Assembly: GCA_964594415.1 (NCBI GenBank)
Contig: CAZQLQ010000003.1
Location: forward strand, 6,224-70,223
DNA: 64,000 nucleotides
Source: an uncultured Candidatus Saccharibacteria bacterium
Lineage (GTDB): Bacteria; Patescibacteriota; CPR2; UBA1875; CAIMLA01
Direction: 5' to 3'
Part shown: piece by piece, positions 51,557 to 62,028 of the stretch
How the letters are laid out: every line of letters begins with the position of its first letter
How positions within the stretch are numbered: the stretch's first letter is position 1
Notes under the pieces: model-generated
Databases searched by the model: none
What the model was told of the DNA's origin: nothing
The model's input: only the letters and a program-made list of their open reading frames with translations
Position numbers and translations under genes: made by a program

Positions 51557-52582
51557 CTACTTTTCAGATCTAAATAACCCTAGTCTCCAAGCGCCTAAAA
51601 CGAGTACTAGCGCCACTCCAATGAGTATAAATAACGAATACCCGTCTGCAAGTTTAGTCGAAGTGATAGCTATTACCGAAAGGATCAAGCTTATACAATA
51701 AATAATGCAGGATGTTTGCTTGTGGGTATAGCCAAGCTTTAGAATTTTGTGATGAAGATGCGAAGCATCAGGCTCAAACGGGCTTTTGTGCTTAAGAAGC
51801 CTACGAATAATTGCAAAGGCGGTGTCTAGAATAGGAATCGCTAATATTAGGACGGGTAGAAGCATGGTAAAAGCCGTAGCTACTTTTACCATCCCCATAA
51901 TGGAGAAAACTGCCAAACTGTAACCCAGAAAGTTTGATCCAGCATCGCCCATAAATATCTTTTTGTTGTTTGAAAAATTATACGGAAGAAAAGCAAAAGC
52001 TGCCGCTCCTAGAGTAAACGCAAGAACTCCTGCGTCATAGCGCCCAAACATAAGCGCAACTATTGCTAATGTCCAAGACGCAATACCAGACACTCCTGCC
52101 GCAAGTCCATCGATTCCATCTATAAAGTTTACAGCATTCGTAATCCCGATTATCCAGAAAAAAGTAAGAGGCAAGGCAAGAAAACCAAGACTAAACACTG
52201 CTTCTTGTCCAGGATTTGTAATAAATTCAATCTGTACTCCTGAATATATAACCACCAACGCTGCAAGTATCTGACCAAAAAATTTGGTAAGCGGTGAAAA
52301 GTCAAAAATATCGTCAAAAAGACCTATACAAGTAATAATTGTAGCACCAATTAAATAACCGATAATCTCAGGCGAAGTCCTATTAAAAAATAGAATAGCT
52401 ACAAGAAAAGCAAAAAAAATAGCCACCCCTCCGCTTGAAGGGACGACATTGGAGTGAATTTTGCGACTTCCGGGAACATCAACCGCCCCGAATCTTGTAG
52501 AAAACTTGCGGGCGAACGGGGTAAGAAACAGAGTTCCTGCTGCCGCCAAAAGAGGTAATATAATTAGCTTCGGAGTAATCAT
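51557..52582 (-). CDS. Undecaprenyl-phosphate GlcNAc-1-phosphate transferase (TagO/WecA family)
   Basis: RKIH, GLFDD, NFIDGIDGLA, FMGDAGS and HLHH motifs. Confidence 0.93.
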   Translation of the reverse strand: MITPKLIILPLLAAAGTLFLTPFARKFSTRFGAVDVPGSRKIHSNVVPSSGGVAIFFAFLVAILFFNRTSPEIIGYLIGATIITCIGLFDDIFDFSPLTKFFGQILAALVVIYSGVQIEFITNPGQEAVFSLGFLALPLTFFWIIGITNAVNFIDGIDGLAAGVSGIASWTLAIVALMFGRYDAGVLAFTLGAAAFAFLPYNFSNNKKIFMGDAGSNFLGYSLAVFSIMGMVKVATAFTMLLPVLILAIPILDTAFAIIRRLLKHKSPFEPDASHLHHKILKLGYTHKQTSCIIYCISLILSVIAITSTKLADGYSLFILIGVALVLVLGAWRLGLFRSEK

Positions 52583-52628
52583 AACTGCGCCTCATTATAC
52601 ACCATATATGCCCTATTTGAAATAATAC

Positions 52629-53975
52629 TTAGACTTCTTGGCTAATGTGCCCGATCAGTAACCACCCCAAGAAAGATATTTGGTAAAACTGAAAGGTATC
52701 AATGAATAAGCCAAGTACGATATATGCTGCTATAGGGTAAAATAAAATGTTTTTATACTTTTTCTTTACCAAGTAATAAAAAAGTAAGAAATAAAGCCAC
52801 AATCCTACCGCTCCCTGTTGAGCATACACCTGAAGCCACTGGTTATCGGTATTTGCTACACCTACTACACCTCCTTGTACTCCTTCGCTATACGTCGGAC
52901 TAGCGGACCCATAAGCATATTCACCACCATAAGAACCGGACCCGTTGCCAAAAAGCATGTGATTTCTGTTTATATAAAACACATTTTTTATGGCCCAAAT
53001 ACGTCCCGAATCAGAAGAAAAAGAAGTATGTTCACCGCTCCAGATATTCGTTACACGTTTTTTAACACTTACCGGAGAAGCTATGAACAGCAAGACAACA
53101 ATGGCCACCGAATATAAAGCTAATCTATATTTCTTGTTAATTAATAAGTAGGCAAAAAATATTACAATTGCAGTAAACCATGCCCCTCTCGAGAAAGTTA
53201 GAAAAAAGGCTATCAATGGAAATATTAATGCCATAAACGATCTAATATCGTATTTCTTTTTTAATATAAGAAGTATCGAGGTAGCCATTATGAGTAATAA
53301 GTATCCAGCTAACGCATTGGGATTACCCATCGTACTCGTAGCCCGAGCTGAGATAAGCTCATAAGACTCTATCCAAGAAGAATACCCTGATACCCCTAAG
53401 AATAAATATATCGCAGCTAAAGACACAACATTAGCAATTCCTAGATTTATAAAAATAAATTTCTCAAAAGCTTTTTTATTATCTAAAACGACCTTTCCGA
53501 GAAAATAGAATCCTAAAAGTTGAAACCAAATAAAGATATCCAACATAATAGCGGTACGTAACCCATAAGCAATTACCGAACCAGCTGATGAGATAATTAT
53601 TGCCAGAAGAATTAATAATAAATATTTTTCAGTTTCGTTTTCTTTGTGGGTTTTGTTTATTTTCCCAAAAAAACAAGCCATAAGCATTAATGGTATGAAT
53701 ATAGTTAAAGCTTCTCCATTAGAAACAATGTTTGTTTTAAGCAGGAATTTTAGGGGTACAAACGAGGAAAGCAAAATTATTCCCCAAAAAGGACGATAAA
53801 AAGAAACAGAAAGAAGAACGAGAAATAATAAAGCTAGGCTAGAAAAACCCCAAAATAGATAAAATGCCAACCAAATTAGAACAAGAACAACCACCTGCAA
53901 AAAAACATTTAAGCGTAACTTATTTGCAATAAGAACAATTGACCTGTAAAGACAATCAAGAAAAGTATCTATCAT
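52629..53975 (-). CDS. O-antigen ligase (Wzy_C) family protein
   Basis: RA.ST.GNPN.LA, TFSRGAW, GR.W...G.G.G and DNQWL...G.VG motifs. Confidence 0.85.
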   Translation of the reverse strand: MIDTFLDCLYRSIVLIANKLRLNVFLQVVVLVLIWLAFYLFWGFSSLALLFLVLLSVSFYRPFWGIILLSSFVPLKFLLKTNIVSNGEALTIFIPLMLMACFFGKINKTHKENETEKYLLLILLAIIISSAGSVIAYGLRTAIMLDIFIWFQLLGFYFLGKVVLDNKKAFEKFIFINLGIANVVSLAAIYLFLGVSGYSSWIESYELISARATSTMGNPNALAGYLLLIMATSILLILKKKYDIRSFMALIFPLIAFFLTFSRGAWFTAIVIFFAYLLINKKYRLALYSVAIVVLLFIASPVSVKKRVTNIWSGEHTSFSSDSGRIWAIKNVFYINRNHMLFGNGSGSYGGEYAYGSASPTYSEGVQGGVVGVANTDNQWLQVYAQQGAVGLWLYFLLFYYLVKKKYKNILFYPIAAYIVLGLFIDTFQFYQISFLGWLLIGHISQEV

Positions 53976-54376
53976 TTGCTAATTACTGGGGTAATGCTTA
54001 CAACATACCCTTCTGCCTCTAAAAGACCGTGAATCTTTACTCTTTGGTTTATCCCGATATGCTGCCCTTCAAACTGCACTTTATCGTCAGAATAGACTCC
54101 CTCACCAACAAACAATATATCAACTTTTTCTGTACTCACCTTTTTTATATTTAAAACTTTGCTTGTTTCAAGGGAGTTGCTAAAATATAGCTCGTTAATT
54201 TCATCAAGGTTATTACTTTCAACATCGCTGCCCACCGATACGACAACTTCTACTTCCAACTTCTGGCCTTCCCTTTCTATCTCTCCCGCAAAAAGGTATT
54301 GTTGAATTATAAAAATAACTCCTAATATTAGAATAAAAAGGGCCATGTAGTCATATTTTTCTAGTTTATTTTTCAT
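53972..54376 (-). CDS. DUF4330-like membrane-anchored protein
   Basis: N-terminal D+TM segment then beta-rich domain; sits next to tagA. Confidence 0.45.
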   Translation of the reverse strand: MKNKLEKYDYMALFILILGVIFIIQQYLFAGEIEREGQKLEVEVVVSVGSDVESNNLDEINELYFSNSLETSKVLNIKKVSTEKVDILFVGEGVYSDDKVQFEGQHIGINQRVKIHGLLEAEGYVVSITPVISK

Positions 54377-55055
54377 TTGTAAATTTCTCCCTCAGAACCA
54401 AAAACACAAAACCAAAAAGATGTGGTAATCTTTCTAGCCTTTTAGGATCCTGAACCATTCTCCAAAGCCATTCAAGGCCGGTCAGTTGAAATACCTTAGG
54501 CGCTCTTTTGAATCTACCCGCAGCAACATCAAAAGCGCCACCCACTGTTATTGCGGTTATATCTAATTCTTGTTTTATCCTATTCACCAAATCAAGTTGT
54601 CTCTCAGTACCACCCATACCAACCAAAACTAATCTCGACTTGCTGCTCTTTATTTCTTCAAAAATTTTTTTGTCACTCTTGTCGTAGCCATCATGAATAC
54701 CAACGACATTAAGACCTCTTGCGGAATAATTCTTTTTTGCCATTTCTGCAACTTCACTACTGCCCCCCCACAGAAAGGTAGGAATTTCCTTCTTGCTCCT
54801 AATTAAGGATTCGACTAAATCAACCCCACTACACTTAGCTACATTGATTCCAAGGAGCTGAAGTCCCTTCCTGAGCCCTACACCATCTGCAACGAGAATA
54901 TCAGCGTCTTTGATTGGGTTAAGATACTTGGTATTTTTTGATGCCATATATATCATCTCGGCATGAGCTGTTATAACGGAAACCTGCTTATCGCCAAAGT
55001 CTTTCCAAAAATATTCTGGGTTAATATCTGTAAATTTTAGGCTTTTTATATTCAT
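54366..55055 (-). CDS. WecB/TagA/CpsF family glycosyltransferase
   Basis: ADGVG, G.HDGY, VGMG, VGGAFD and RAP...GLEWLWR motifs. Confidence 0.93.
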   Translation of the reverse strand: MNIKSLKFTDINPEYFWKDFGDKQVSVITAHAEMIYMASKNTKYLNPIKDADILVADGVGLRKGLQLLGINVAKCSGVDLVESLIRSKKEIPTFLWGGSSEVAEMAKKNYSARGLNVVGIHDGYDKSDKKIFEEIKSSKSRLVLVGMGGTERQLDLVNRIKQELDITAITVGGAFDVAAGRFKRAPKVFQLTGLEWLWRMVQDPKRLERLPHLFGFVFLVLREKFTNEK

Positions 55056-55181
55056 ATTTTCCCTTTTACTTGCAATATTATAATGCTAAAAACGGTTTCT
55101 ATCAAACTGAAGCAAGATGAAAAAGGTTTAATTTGTGCTTATTTATTGTTAAAATAACTGAAGTTATTAATTAGGAGCTTT

Positions 55182-56276
55182 ATGAAAATTTGTATTATTT
55201 TAGGAACCAGGCCTGAGATTATTAAATGTGCGCCCGTTATCCGCGCCTTCCAAAAACAAAAGATACCTTTTATACTTGTGCACTCCGGCCAACATTACTC
55301 CTACGAAATGGACCAAATTTTTTTTGAAGAGCTAGAACTACCAAAACCAGATTATATGCTAGAGGTCGGCTCCGGTACTCATGCAAAGCAAACCGCAAAA
55401 ATCCTTGAGAGATTAGAAGATGTCTTAATCAAAGAAGACCCTGACGTAGTTTTAGTTCAAGGAGATACAAATACTGCAATTGCTGGCGCTTTAACTGCAG
55501 CAAAATTACATATAAAAGTAGGACATATTGAGGCCGGCCTCAGAAGTTATTTTCGTGAAATGCCGGAAGAATTAAACAGGCTGGTCGCAGATGTTTTGTC
55601 TGATTATCTGTTTACACCAACAGAAAATTCTAAAAAAATTCTTTTGGGTGAGGGATATCCAGTAGAAAAAGTATTCAACGTAGGAAATACGGTAGTTGAC
55701 GCTACCTTACAACATTTAGATATCGCCGAAAAGAATTCCAAAATACTTAAAGAACTATCCTTAACACCTAAAGAATTCTTCTTAGTAACTTCACATCGAC
55801 CTGAAAACGTTGATAACAAAGAAAGACTAAAAAGTATTTTGGAATCTCTAATAGAGGTAAGTAACAAATACAAGCTTACAGTAGTTTGGCCAATTCACCC
55901 AAGAACGCAAAAAATGATAGAAGAGTTTGGTTATAGTGGCCTACTAGGCAAAATACATAACCTTAAAATAATTAAACCCGTTGGTTATTTTGACTCACTA
56001 ATGCTTCAGAAAAATGCCAAGCTTGTACTCACAGACTCAGGCGGAATGCAAGAAGAGTCTTGTATGCTTGGAACCCCATCCGTAACACTAAGGGACAACA
56101 CCGAAAGACCAGAAAGTATTGAAGTAGGAGCAAGTATACTATCCGGCGTAGGAAAAGAAAATATAATTACATCCATAGAGGAAATGATCAATAAAAAATT
56201 TGACTGGGAAAATCCGTTTGGAAAAGGCGATACTGCGGAACAAATATTAGATATCTTGGAAAAAGATGAAAAATAG
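55182..56276 (+). CDS. wecB: UDP-N-acetylglucosamine 2-epimerase (non-hydrolysing)
   Basis: GTRPEIIK, QGDT, HIEAGLRS, TDSGGMQEE and TERPE motifs. Confidence 0.96.
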   Translation: MKICIILGTRPEIIKCAPVIRAFQKQKIPFILVHSGQHYSYEMDQIFFEELELPKPDYMLEVGSGTHAKQTAKILERLEDVLIKEDPDVVLVQGDTNTAIAGALTAAKLHIKVGHIEAGLRSYFREMPEELNRLVADVLSDYLFTPTENSKKILLGEGYPVEKVFNVGNTVVDATLQHLDIAEKNSKILKELSLTPKEFFLVTSHRPENVDNKERLKSILESLIEVSNKYKLTVVWPIHPRTQKMIEEFGYSGLLGKIHNLKIIKPVGYFDSLMLQKNAKLVLTDSGGMQEESCMLGTPSVTLRDNTERPESIEVGASILSGVGKENIITSIEEMINKKFDWENPFGKGDTAEQILDILEKDEK

Positions 56277-57540
56277 ATTTAAGGAAATTAGGAAAAGCCT
56301 ATTTATCAAAGAAGTTTTTTATCTTTTTATAATCTCCAGAATTGTTATTCTTTTTTTTGGTGCCACAGGAGATATAATATTTCCAAATCAGTCATATTAC
56401 TCATCTCAGGTAAAAAACATTTATATTGCTTCGCCTTGGTATAACGATGATCCTGAATATTATAACCAAATCGGTTTTCAAGACAAGCTTTTGTATTTTA
56501 ATGATTTTTCAAAGAAACTTGACCTAAACTTTTTATTCAGCAAAGAAAGATGGCACAGACTCGATGCCGGATGGTACGAGAACATCGTTATAAATGGCTA
56601 TGATAAAGTGAGTGCTCTTGAAGTCCACAATCCTACAAACTGGCCTTTTTATCCTTTATATCCGTTATCCGTAAAAGCCTTTGAAATAATTACTCTTAGC
56701 ACTATCCCCATACCATACGCAGGAATAATTGTTTCAAATATCTTTTTGTATTTTGGGTTGTTTTTTCTATACAAATTTACAAAAGAAAAATTTGGAGAAA
56801 ACGCCTCCTTCAAAACATTGTTCTACTTATTGCTTTTCCCTACTTCTATTTTTCTTTCTTTGATGTACACAGAAAGTCTTTTCTTGTGCCTAACGGCTGC
56901 CGGGTTTTATGCCATAGAAACAAAAAGATGGAAGACGGCAATAATTTTGGCTTCTCTTCTTACTGTAACCAGAACTGTTGGTATTCTATTCAGCTTGGTT
57001 CTTGCATGGGAATTTTTCAGAGAAAATAATTTTAAATTTAGAAGTTTATTTAAACAGAAGGTTACCTATTTATTCCTCGCTATCCCGCTTCCAATTCTTG
57101 CTTTTTACTATTACCTCTACACAATTAGCGGCTCTTTTACTGCTGCATTAGATGAAGTAGAAAATTGGGGAAGACCAAATATAAGCAATCCCATTAAGTA
57201 TTTGATTGAATATCTCCTAAACCCCTCTTTTTTTGGAACATGGCATTTCGGCTTTGTTGCTTTTTGTTGTGCTATTTTTGGGTTATTGATGACTTATTTT
57301 GTTTATAAGAAGCTAGGATTTGGTTATTTTATGTATTGCCTAATCTCAATATTAATACCAATAAGTTCCGGCTTAATCAGTTTTCCAAGATATTTACTAA
57401 GCATAACTCCAATTTTTATAGTTCTTGGAACTTATGGGGATAAAAACAAATATTTAGACACCCTGATTACTCTTTTTTCTGCAGGACTATTCTTGATATA
57501 TTTAATTGGATATGTGAACGGCTATTATTTCGTAGCTTAG
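56266..57540 (+). CDS. GT-C mannosyltransferase (PIG-V-like)
   Basis: DAGWY..I...GY, FYPLYP, YTESLF and RTVG motifs. Confidence 0.85.
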   Translation: MKNRFKEIRKSLFIKEVFYLFIISRIVILFFGATGDIIFPNQSYYSSQVKNIYIASPWYNDDPEYYNQIGFQDKLLYFNDFSKKLDLNFLFSKERWHRLDAGWYENIVINGYDKVSALEVHNPTNWPFYPLYPLSVKAFEIITLSTIPIPYAGIIVSNIFLYFGLFFLYKFTKEKFGENASFKTLFYLLLFPTSIFLSLMYTESLFLCLTAAGFYAIETKRWKTAIILASLLTVTRTVGILFSLVLAWEFFRENNFKFRSLFKQKVTYLFLAIPLPILAFYYYLYTISGSFTAALDEVENWGRPNISNPIKYLIEYLLNPSFFGTWHFGFVAFCCAIFGLLMTYFVYKKLGFGYFMYCLISILIPISSGLISFPRYLLSITPIFIVLGTYGDKNKYLDTLITLFSAGLFLIYLIGYVNGYYFVA

Positions 57541-58484
57541 TCGTTCTTTTTGGAGAACCCAATAGCATCTCTAACGACATAAAGAGGTCTATTTTGTGCT
57601 TCAGTATATATTCTCCCTATGTATTCACCGACAATTCCCAATATTATTAATTGGATTCCACCGATAAACAAAACAATTATAATAAGCGATGTCCACCCGG
57701 GTACGTTTGAAGATGGGGCTATTATCTTTTTGATTATTTCAAAGACTCCATAACAAAAGCCAATAAATGCTGCGACAAATCCTAAATAAGTGGATAACTT
57801 TAGAGGAACATACGAAAAGGCAGTTATGCCATCTAGAGCAAATTTAATCATTTTCTTTAGAGGATAATTTGTCACTCCAAATCTCCTTTCGTCCCGATCA
57901 AAATAAACAGCTGTTTGGTTAAAGCCACACCAGCTTGTAAGCCCTCTCATAAAGCGTGAATGTTCTCTGAGCTTAACCATTTCATCCACTACCTTCCTGT
58001 CCATAAGCCTAAAGTCACCCGTATCTAATGGTATGTCTATGTTCGCAAGCTTATTTATTGCTCTATAAAATAACCAAGCCGTGTACTTTTTAAAAATAGT
58101 GTCTTTTCTTGTTTTTCTGCGACCATATATAACATCAAAACCTTTTTGCCATTCTTTTACCATTTCCGGAATAACTTCTGGCTTATCTTGTAAATCTGCA
58201 TCCATAATAATAACCGCTTCACCAGAAGCATAGTCAAGTCCGGCAGTTATCGCTATCTGATGACCAAAATTTCTAGAAAAGTTCAAGACCTTAATAGCTT
58301 CGTCCTTTTTAGCAAGCTCTCTTAACATAGAAATGGAACTGTCTCTACTCCCGTCATTTATAAAGATAATCTCATAAGGCTTTTTAAAAGATTTCAAAAC
58401 TTCTGTGGATCTTTTATATACTTCCTCAATATTGCCTTCTTCGTTATATATTGGCAAAATTAACGTTAAATAGACTTTATTCAT
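57537..58484 (-). CDS. GT2 polyprenyl-phosphate glycosyltransferase (GtrB-like)
   Basis: NDGSRD, RNFGHQ.A..AG, DADLQD and GDFRLMDR motifs; two C-terminal TM helices. Confidence 0.93.
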   Translation of the reverse strand: MNKVYLTLILPIYNEEGNIEEVYKRSTEVLKSFKKPYEIIFINDGSRDSSISMLRELAKKDEAIKVLNFSRNFGHQIAITAGLDYASGEAVIIMDADLQDKPEVIPEMVKEWQKGFDVIYGRRKTRKDTIFKKYTAWLFYRAINKLANIDIPLDTGDFRLMDRKVVDEMVKLREHSRFMRGLTSWCGFNQTAVYFDRDERRFGVTNYPLKKMIKFALDGITAFSYVPLKLSTYLGFVAAFIGFCYGVFEIIKKIIAPSSNVPGWTSLIIIVLFIGGIQLIILGIVGEYIGRIYTEAQNRPLYVVRDAIGFSKKND

Positions 58485-59482
58485 AGATTTTCTCCATTAT
58501 ATTTAAAACCATTAGGATGCCTTCTATGCCATTTTAGTGCCGTGGTTATAATATCATCAAGGCTTTTAATTTTTGGCTCCCAACCTAAAACGTCTTTTGC
58601 TTTTTTTAAAGAAGCACAGAGAATGGCAGCGTCGCCTTCTCTTCTTTCCTGCTCAACAACCTCAAATTCTTTGCCGGTTAGCTCTTTGACTTTATTGATA
58701 ATTTCTCTTACAGAATAACCCAATCCGTTTCCCAGATTAAAACAATCTGAATCGTTATTATTAAAAAGATAATCTATTCCCAACAAATGTGCATCAGCAA
58801 TATCATTTACATGAACATAGTCGCGTATGCATGTGCCATCCTTAGTTTTATAGTCGTTTCCAAATATTTTAATATCCTTTCTTTTTCCTTCGGCTGCTGA
58901 TATAACAAGCGGTATTAAGTGAGTTTCCGGCGAATGATCCTCTCCTATATCACCGCTTTCGTCAGCTCCTGCAGCATTAAAGTACCTAAAGGCCACATAT
59001 TTAAAATTAAAATTTCTATCATAAAAGTCCAGAGTCTGCTCAACAAGTAACTTTGTTAGACCATAAACATTTGTTGGATTTTTGGGACGTTCTTCTGTAA
59101 TAAATTCTTCTATTGGCTCTCCAAATATTGCGGCCGTAGAAGAAAAAATTATTTTGTATATCCTTCTTTCCCTCATTGCTTCTAATAAGTTTACGGTCCC
59201 TAGGAGGTTATTTTCAAAAAATTTAGTAGGTTCTTTCATTGAATCACCAGCCTCAATATAGGCAGCAAAATGCATTACAATATCTATCTTATCCAGTGCG
59301 CTCAGAATATCCTTTTTATTTAGCAAATTGCCAATAATCAGCTCTACGCCTTTTGGTAAAGACTCTTTATGGCCATTTTCAAGACTATCAAAAACTTTTA
59401 CGTTGTAGCCTTTTTTTATCAAAGCTTTAGTTGCGTGACTTCCGATATATCCTGCGCCACCAACTACTAATACGTTTTTCAT
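58481..59482 (-). CDS. galE: UDP-glucose 4-epimerase
   Basis: GGAGYIGSH, YGLTK, RYFNAAGA and DGTCIRDYVHV motifs. Confidence 0.95.
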   Translation of the reverse strand: MKNVLVVGGAGYIGSHATKALIKKGYNVKVFDSLENGHKESLPKGVELIIGNLLNKKDILSALDKIDIVMHFAAYIEAGDSMKEPTKFFENNLLGTVNLLEAMRERRIYKIIFSSTAAIFGEPIEEFITEERPKNPTNVYGLTKLLVEQTLDFYDRNFNFKYVAFRYFNAAGADESGDIGEDHSPETHLIPLVISAAEGKRKDIKIFGNDYKTKDGTCIRDYVHVNDIADAHLLGIDYLFNNNDSDCFNLGNGLGYSVREIINKVKELTGKEFEVVEQERREGDAAILCASLKKAKDVLGWEPKIKSLDDIITTALKWHRRHPNGFKYNGENL

Positions 59483-62028
59483 AAAGCACCTATTATATCC
59501 TTGGCTCTTCTACTCCATGTATTATCCTCGGCATCTTTTTGAAGCTGATCTAAATAATGTCTATCATCTTTAAGTTTGATTGCCTTATCAATATTTTCAA
59601 TAAATCCATCGTGACTTTCTGCCACTAACACGCTTTTATATTTCGTACATTCATACATATTTGAAGTTACAATGGGCTTTCCGCCTGCCATATATTCGAA
59701 CAACTTAACTGGCGAGGTCGATTCGGTAATCTTATTAACAAGAAAAGGTATTGTTGCTATCGTAAAATAAGACAGATAAGTCGGGAGTTCTTCGTATTTT
59801 TTTGCACCAAGAAAATGAATATTTTTGATTTCAAATAAATGTTTGTTTTTATTTAAAGCATTATCATAGTTGAGCGGTCCAATCATAATGAACTCATAAT
59901 CTGGTCTTTCTGTGGCCATTCTTTCAAGCAAATCATAATCAAACCATTCAGCAATAGCCCCATAATACCCAATAATTGGTTTCTTGGATTTTACAATCTC
60001 CTTAATATCATCCGGCGCTTCCTTTGATATCTTATGAAAGTGTTCTATATCAACGCCATTCGGGGATAAAACCGATTTTTTAGGCTTAAGCTTATTAGCA
60101 CTATCTAGTAATTTATCTGCAGTACAAACAACAACATCGGCCTTTTTTACTAAATATTCGTGATTCTTATACATTTCACTTTGGGTCTTGCCTCTTGCAT
60201 CAAAAACCTCTAGTTCATCTATAAAGTCATAAATCAGTTTTGATTTTTTGAACTTCTCTGCAAATGGTTTATTCAGGGGCCAACTAATAAAAACTATCTT
60301 GTCTTCAACATCTTTTAGTATCTCGATTTGGTTAGTAACATAAAGGTTCTCTGCTATTTTTTTGAATCCCTCTACATTATCGTTATTCAAGTTAGCGGTT
60401 CCATAAAAGAACAGATACCCTTCTTTTGCAAAAGCAAGCGCTAGTTGCTGCGGTCGTTGAAATAGTGGCATGTCCCAGTCAATTGTAGGAGGGTAAATTA
60501 TTATTCCTTTGTAAGAGCAATTACTAATTATTGTTTTCAATGTCGAAATATGTTTTGCCCTTTTTAGCAACCTCATAGGGTGAAATAAATACGGATGCGC
60601 AAACATTTGCTTTTTTACATGATTTTTTACTTTTTGAGGTAATACTTTTTTCAATATTTTAATAATCAGCTTTTTAACTACTTTTGGTATTTGGTGAGGT
60701 TTTTTTATTAATGTTCCTGTCATGAGCCCAACTCTCCATGTCTTACATTCTTTTATTTCCAATAATTCTCTTTCTATATTTTCTTTTTCAAATCTAAGCT
60801 GATTAATTGCGTCTTTTGCACTTTTTCTCTCAAAAGAAATTACGTTTTTTAGATCAAGCAATAAATTAGCTAGCTCAAGCGCGTTTTCGTAATCACGGGA
60901 TGGGCTTGATTTAATCGATTTTATGTAGGACTTATTTAGATTTGAAACAATCTCTTCTTTGCTATATAACCTTTTAAACTTTTCGAAGCTATTTTTTATT
61001 GAATCATTTATAGCCCTAGCATCAGAAAGAGTATTTAACACACTTTCCTGATCAATATCCTTCATACCTCTACCGGTAAAATTTGAAAAGGCAAATTCTT
61101 CAAAATTTTTTCCGCTTATAATACCTTTAGGCTTTCCTTCGTAAGAAATTACCAGTACGGCCCTTTTTGATGCTATCCCTTCCATTGCTGAGCGACCCAT
61201 TCCTATTATCACATCATAATCGTTTATTTTTTCAGCAAAAGAATTGTTTTGTCCAACAACGTTAACAATGTCTTTGCCAAGTTCCGTGTTGACAACTTCT
61301 GCGAAAATTTTTATTTTTTCGAGAGAACTACCTGAGCCTATCACGTCAAGTCTTGTGGCTGGATTATTTGTCGAACACCTAGCCACTAGGCTAATTGCCG
61401 CTTTGACAAGATCTTCCCTGTCACCATCAATTCTTCCAACACAGGCAAATTTGTTTACAGAAACAACCTTCCGTGTTTCCCTGAACTTTTCATTTATATA
61501 GTTTGGCAGAATCAATATCTTATCGCGCGGAACACCATATTTGTCTTTAAGCATAGCAGCAACTTCATCGGTTATCGCATACACCGCTTCGGCATGGCCG
61601 AACACCACATTCTTCCAAAAGTAGCTACTTTCTTCTCCATAAATACTAAAACTCCAACTGAAAACTGGGACTCCGTGCATAGTAACCACATATTTTGTTT
61701 TAGTTTTCAAACAAGCAATAATAGAAGGGTAAAAAGTATTGAACGGGTGCACATGAACTAAATCTATTTTATTTTCTTTTATTATTTTGATAATTTCTTC
61801 TGAATTCTTTAAAATAGAATCTTTTTCCTGGTCACTGAAATCCATATTAAAGTGCTTAGCCCCTAGCAGCTCAGCTTTTTTAACTAAAGCACCGCCAGAA
61901 GATATTAAAAAATAGTTATTATCTTTTGAAGTTTCTGATAACTGTGTAAGAATTTGGGTCTCTACCCCGCCAACATTAAATGACTCAGTAATTACTAATA
62001 TATTATTTTTTTTCAAATTTGGTTTCAA
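59479..62028 (-). CDS. Two-domain GT-B (GT4-like) glycosyltransferase with central coiled coil
   Basis: N-terminal GGVET...GRSAMEG; C-terminal QRPQQLA...SPVKLFEYMAGGKPIV. Confidence 0.85.
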   Translation of the reverse strand: MKPNLKKNNILVITESFNVGGVETQILTQLSETSKDNNYFLISSGGALVKKAELLGAKHFNMDFSDQEKDSILKNSEEIIKIIKENKIDLVHVHPFNTFYPSIIACLKTKTKYVVTMHGVPVFSWSFSIYGEESSYFWKNVVFGHAEAVYAITDEVAAMLKDKYGVPRDKILILPNYINEKFRETRKVVSVNKFACVGRIDGDREDLVKAAISLVARCSTNNPATRLDVIGSGSSLEKIKIFAEVVNTELGKDIVNVVGQNNSFAEKINDYDVIIGMGRSAMEGIASKRAVLVISYEGKPKGIISGKNFEEFAFSNFTGRGMKDIDQESVLNTLSDARAINDSIKNSFEKFKRLYSKEEIVSNLNKSYIKSIKSSPSRDYENALELANLLLDLKNVISFERKSAKDAINQLRFEKENIERELLEIKECKTWRVGLMTGTLIKKPHQIPKVVKKLIIKILKKVLPQKVKNHVKKQMFAHPYLFHPMRLLKRAKHISTLKTIISNCSYKGIIIYPPTIDWDMPLFQRPQQLALAFAKEGYLFFYGTANLNNDNVEGFKKIAENLYVTNQIEILKDVEDKIVFISWPLNKPFAEKFKKSKLIYDFIDELEVFDARGKTQSEMYKNHEYLVKKADVVVCTADKLLDSANKLKPKKSVLSPNGVDIEHFHKISKEAPDDIKEIVKSKKPIIGYYGAIAEWFDYDLLERMATERPDYEFIMIGPLNYDNALNKNKHLFEIKNIHFLGAKKYEELPTYLSYFTIATIPFLVNKITESTSPVKLFEYMAGGKPIVTSNMYECTKYKSVLVAESHDGFIENIDKAIKLKDDRHYLDQLQKDAEDNTWSRRAKDIIGAL

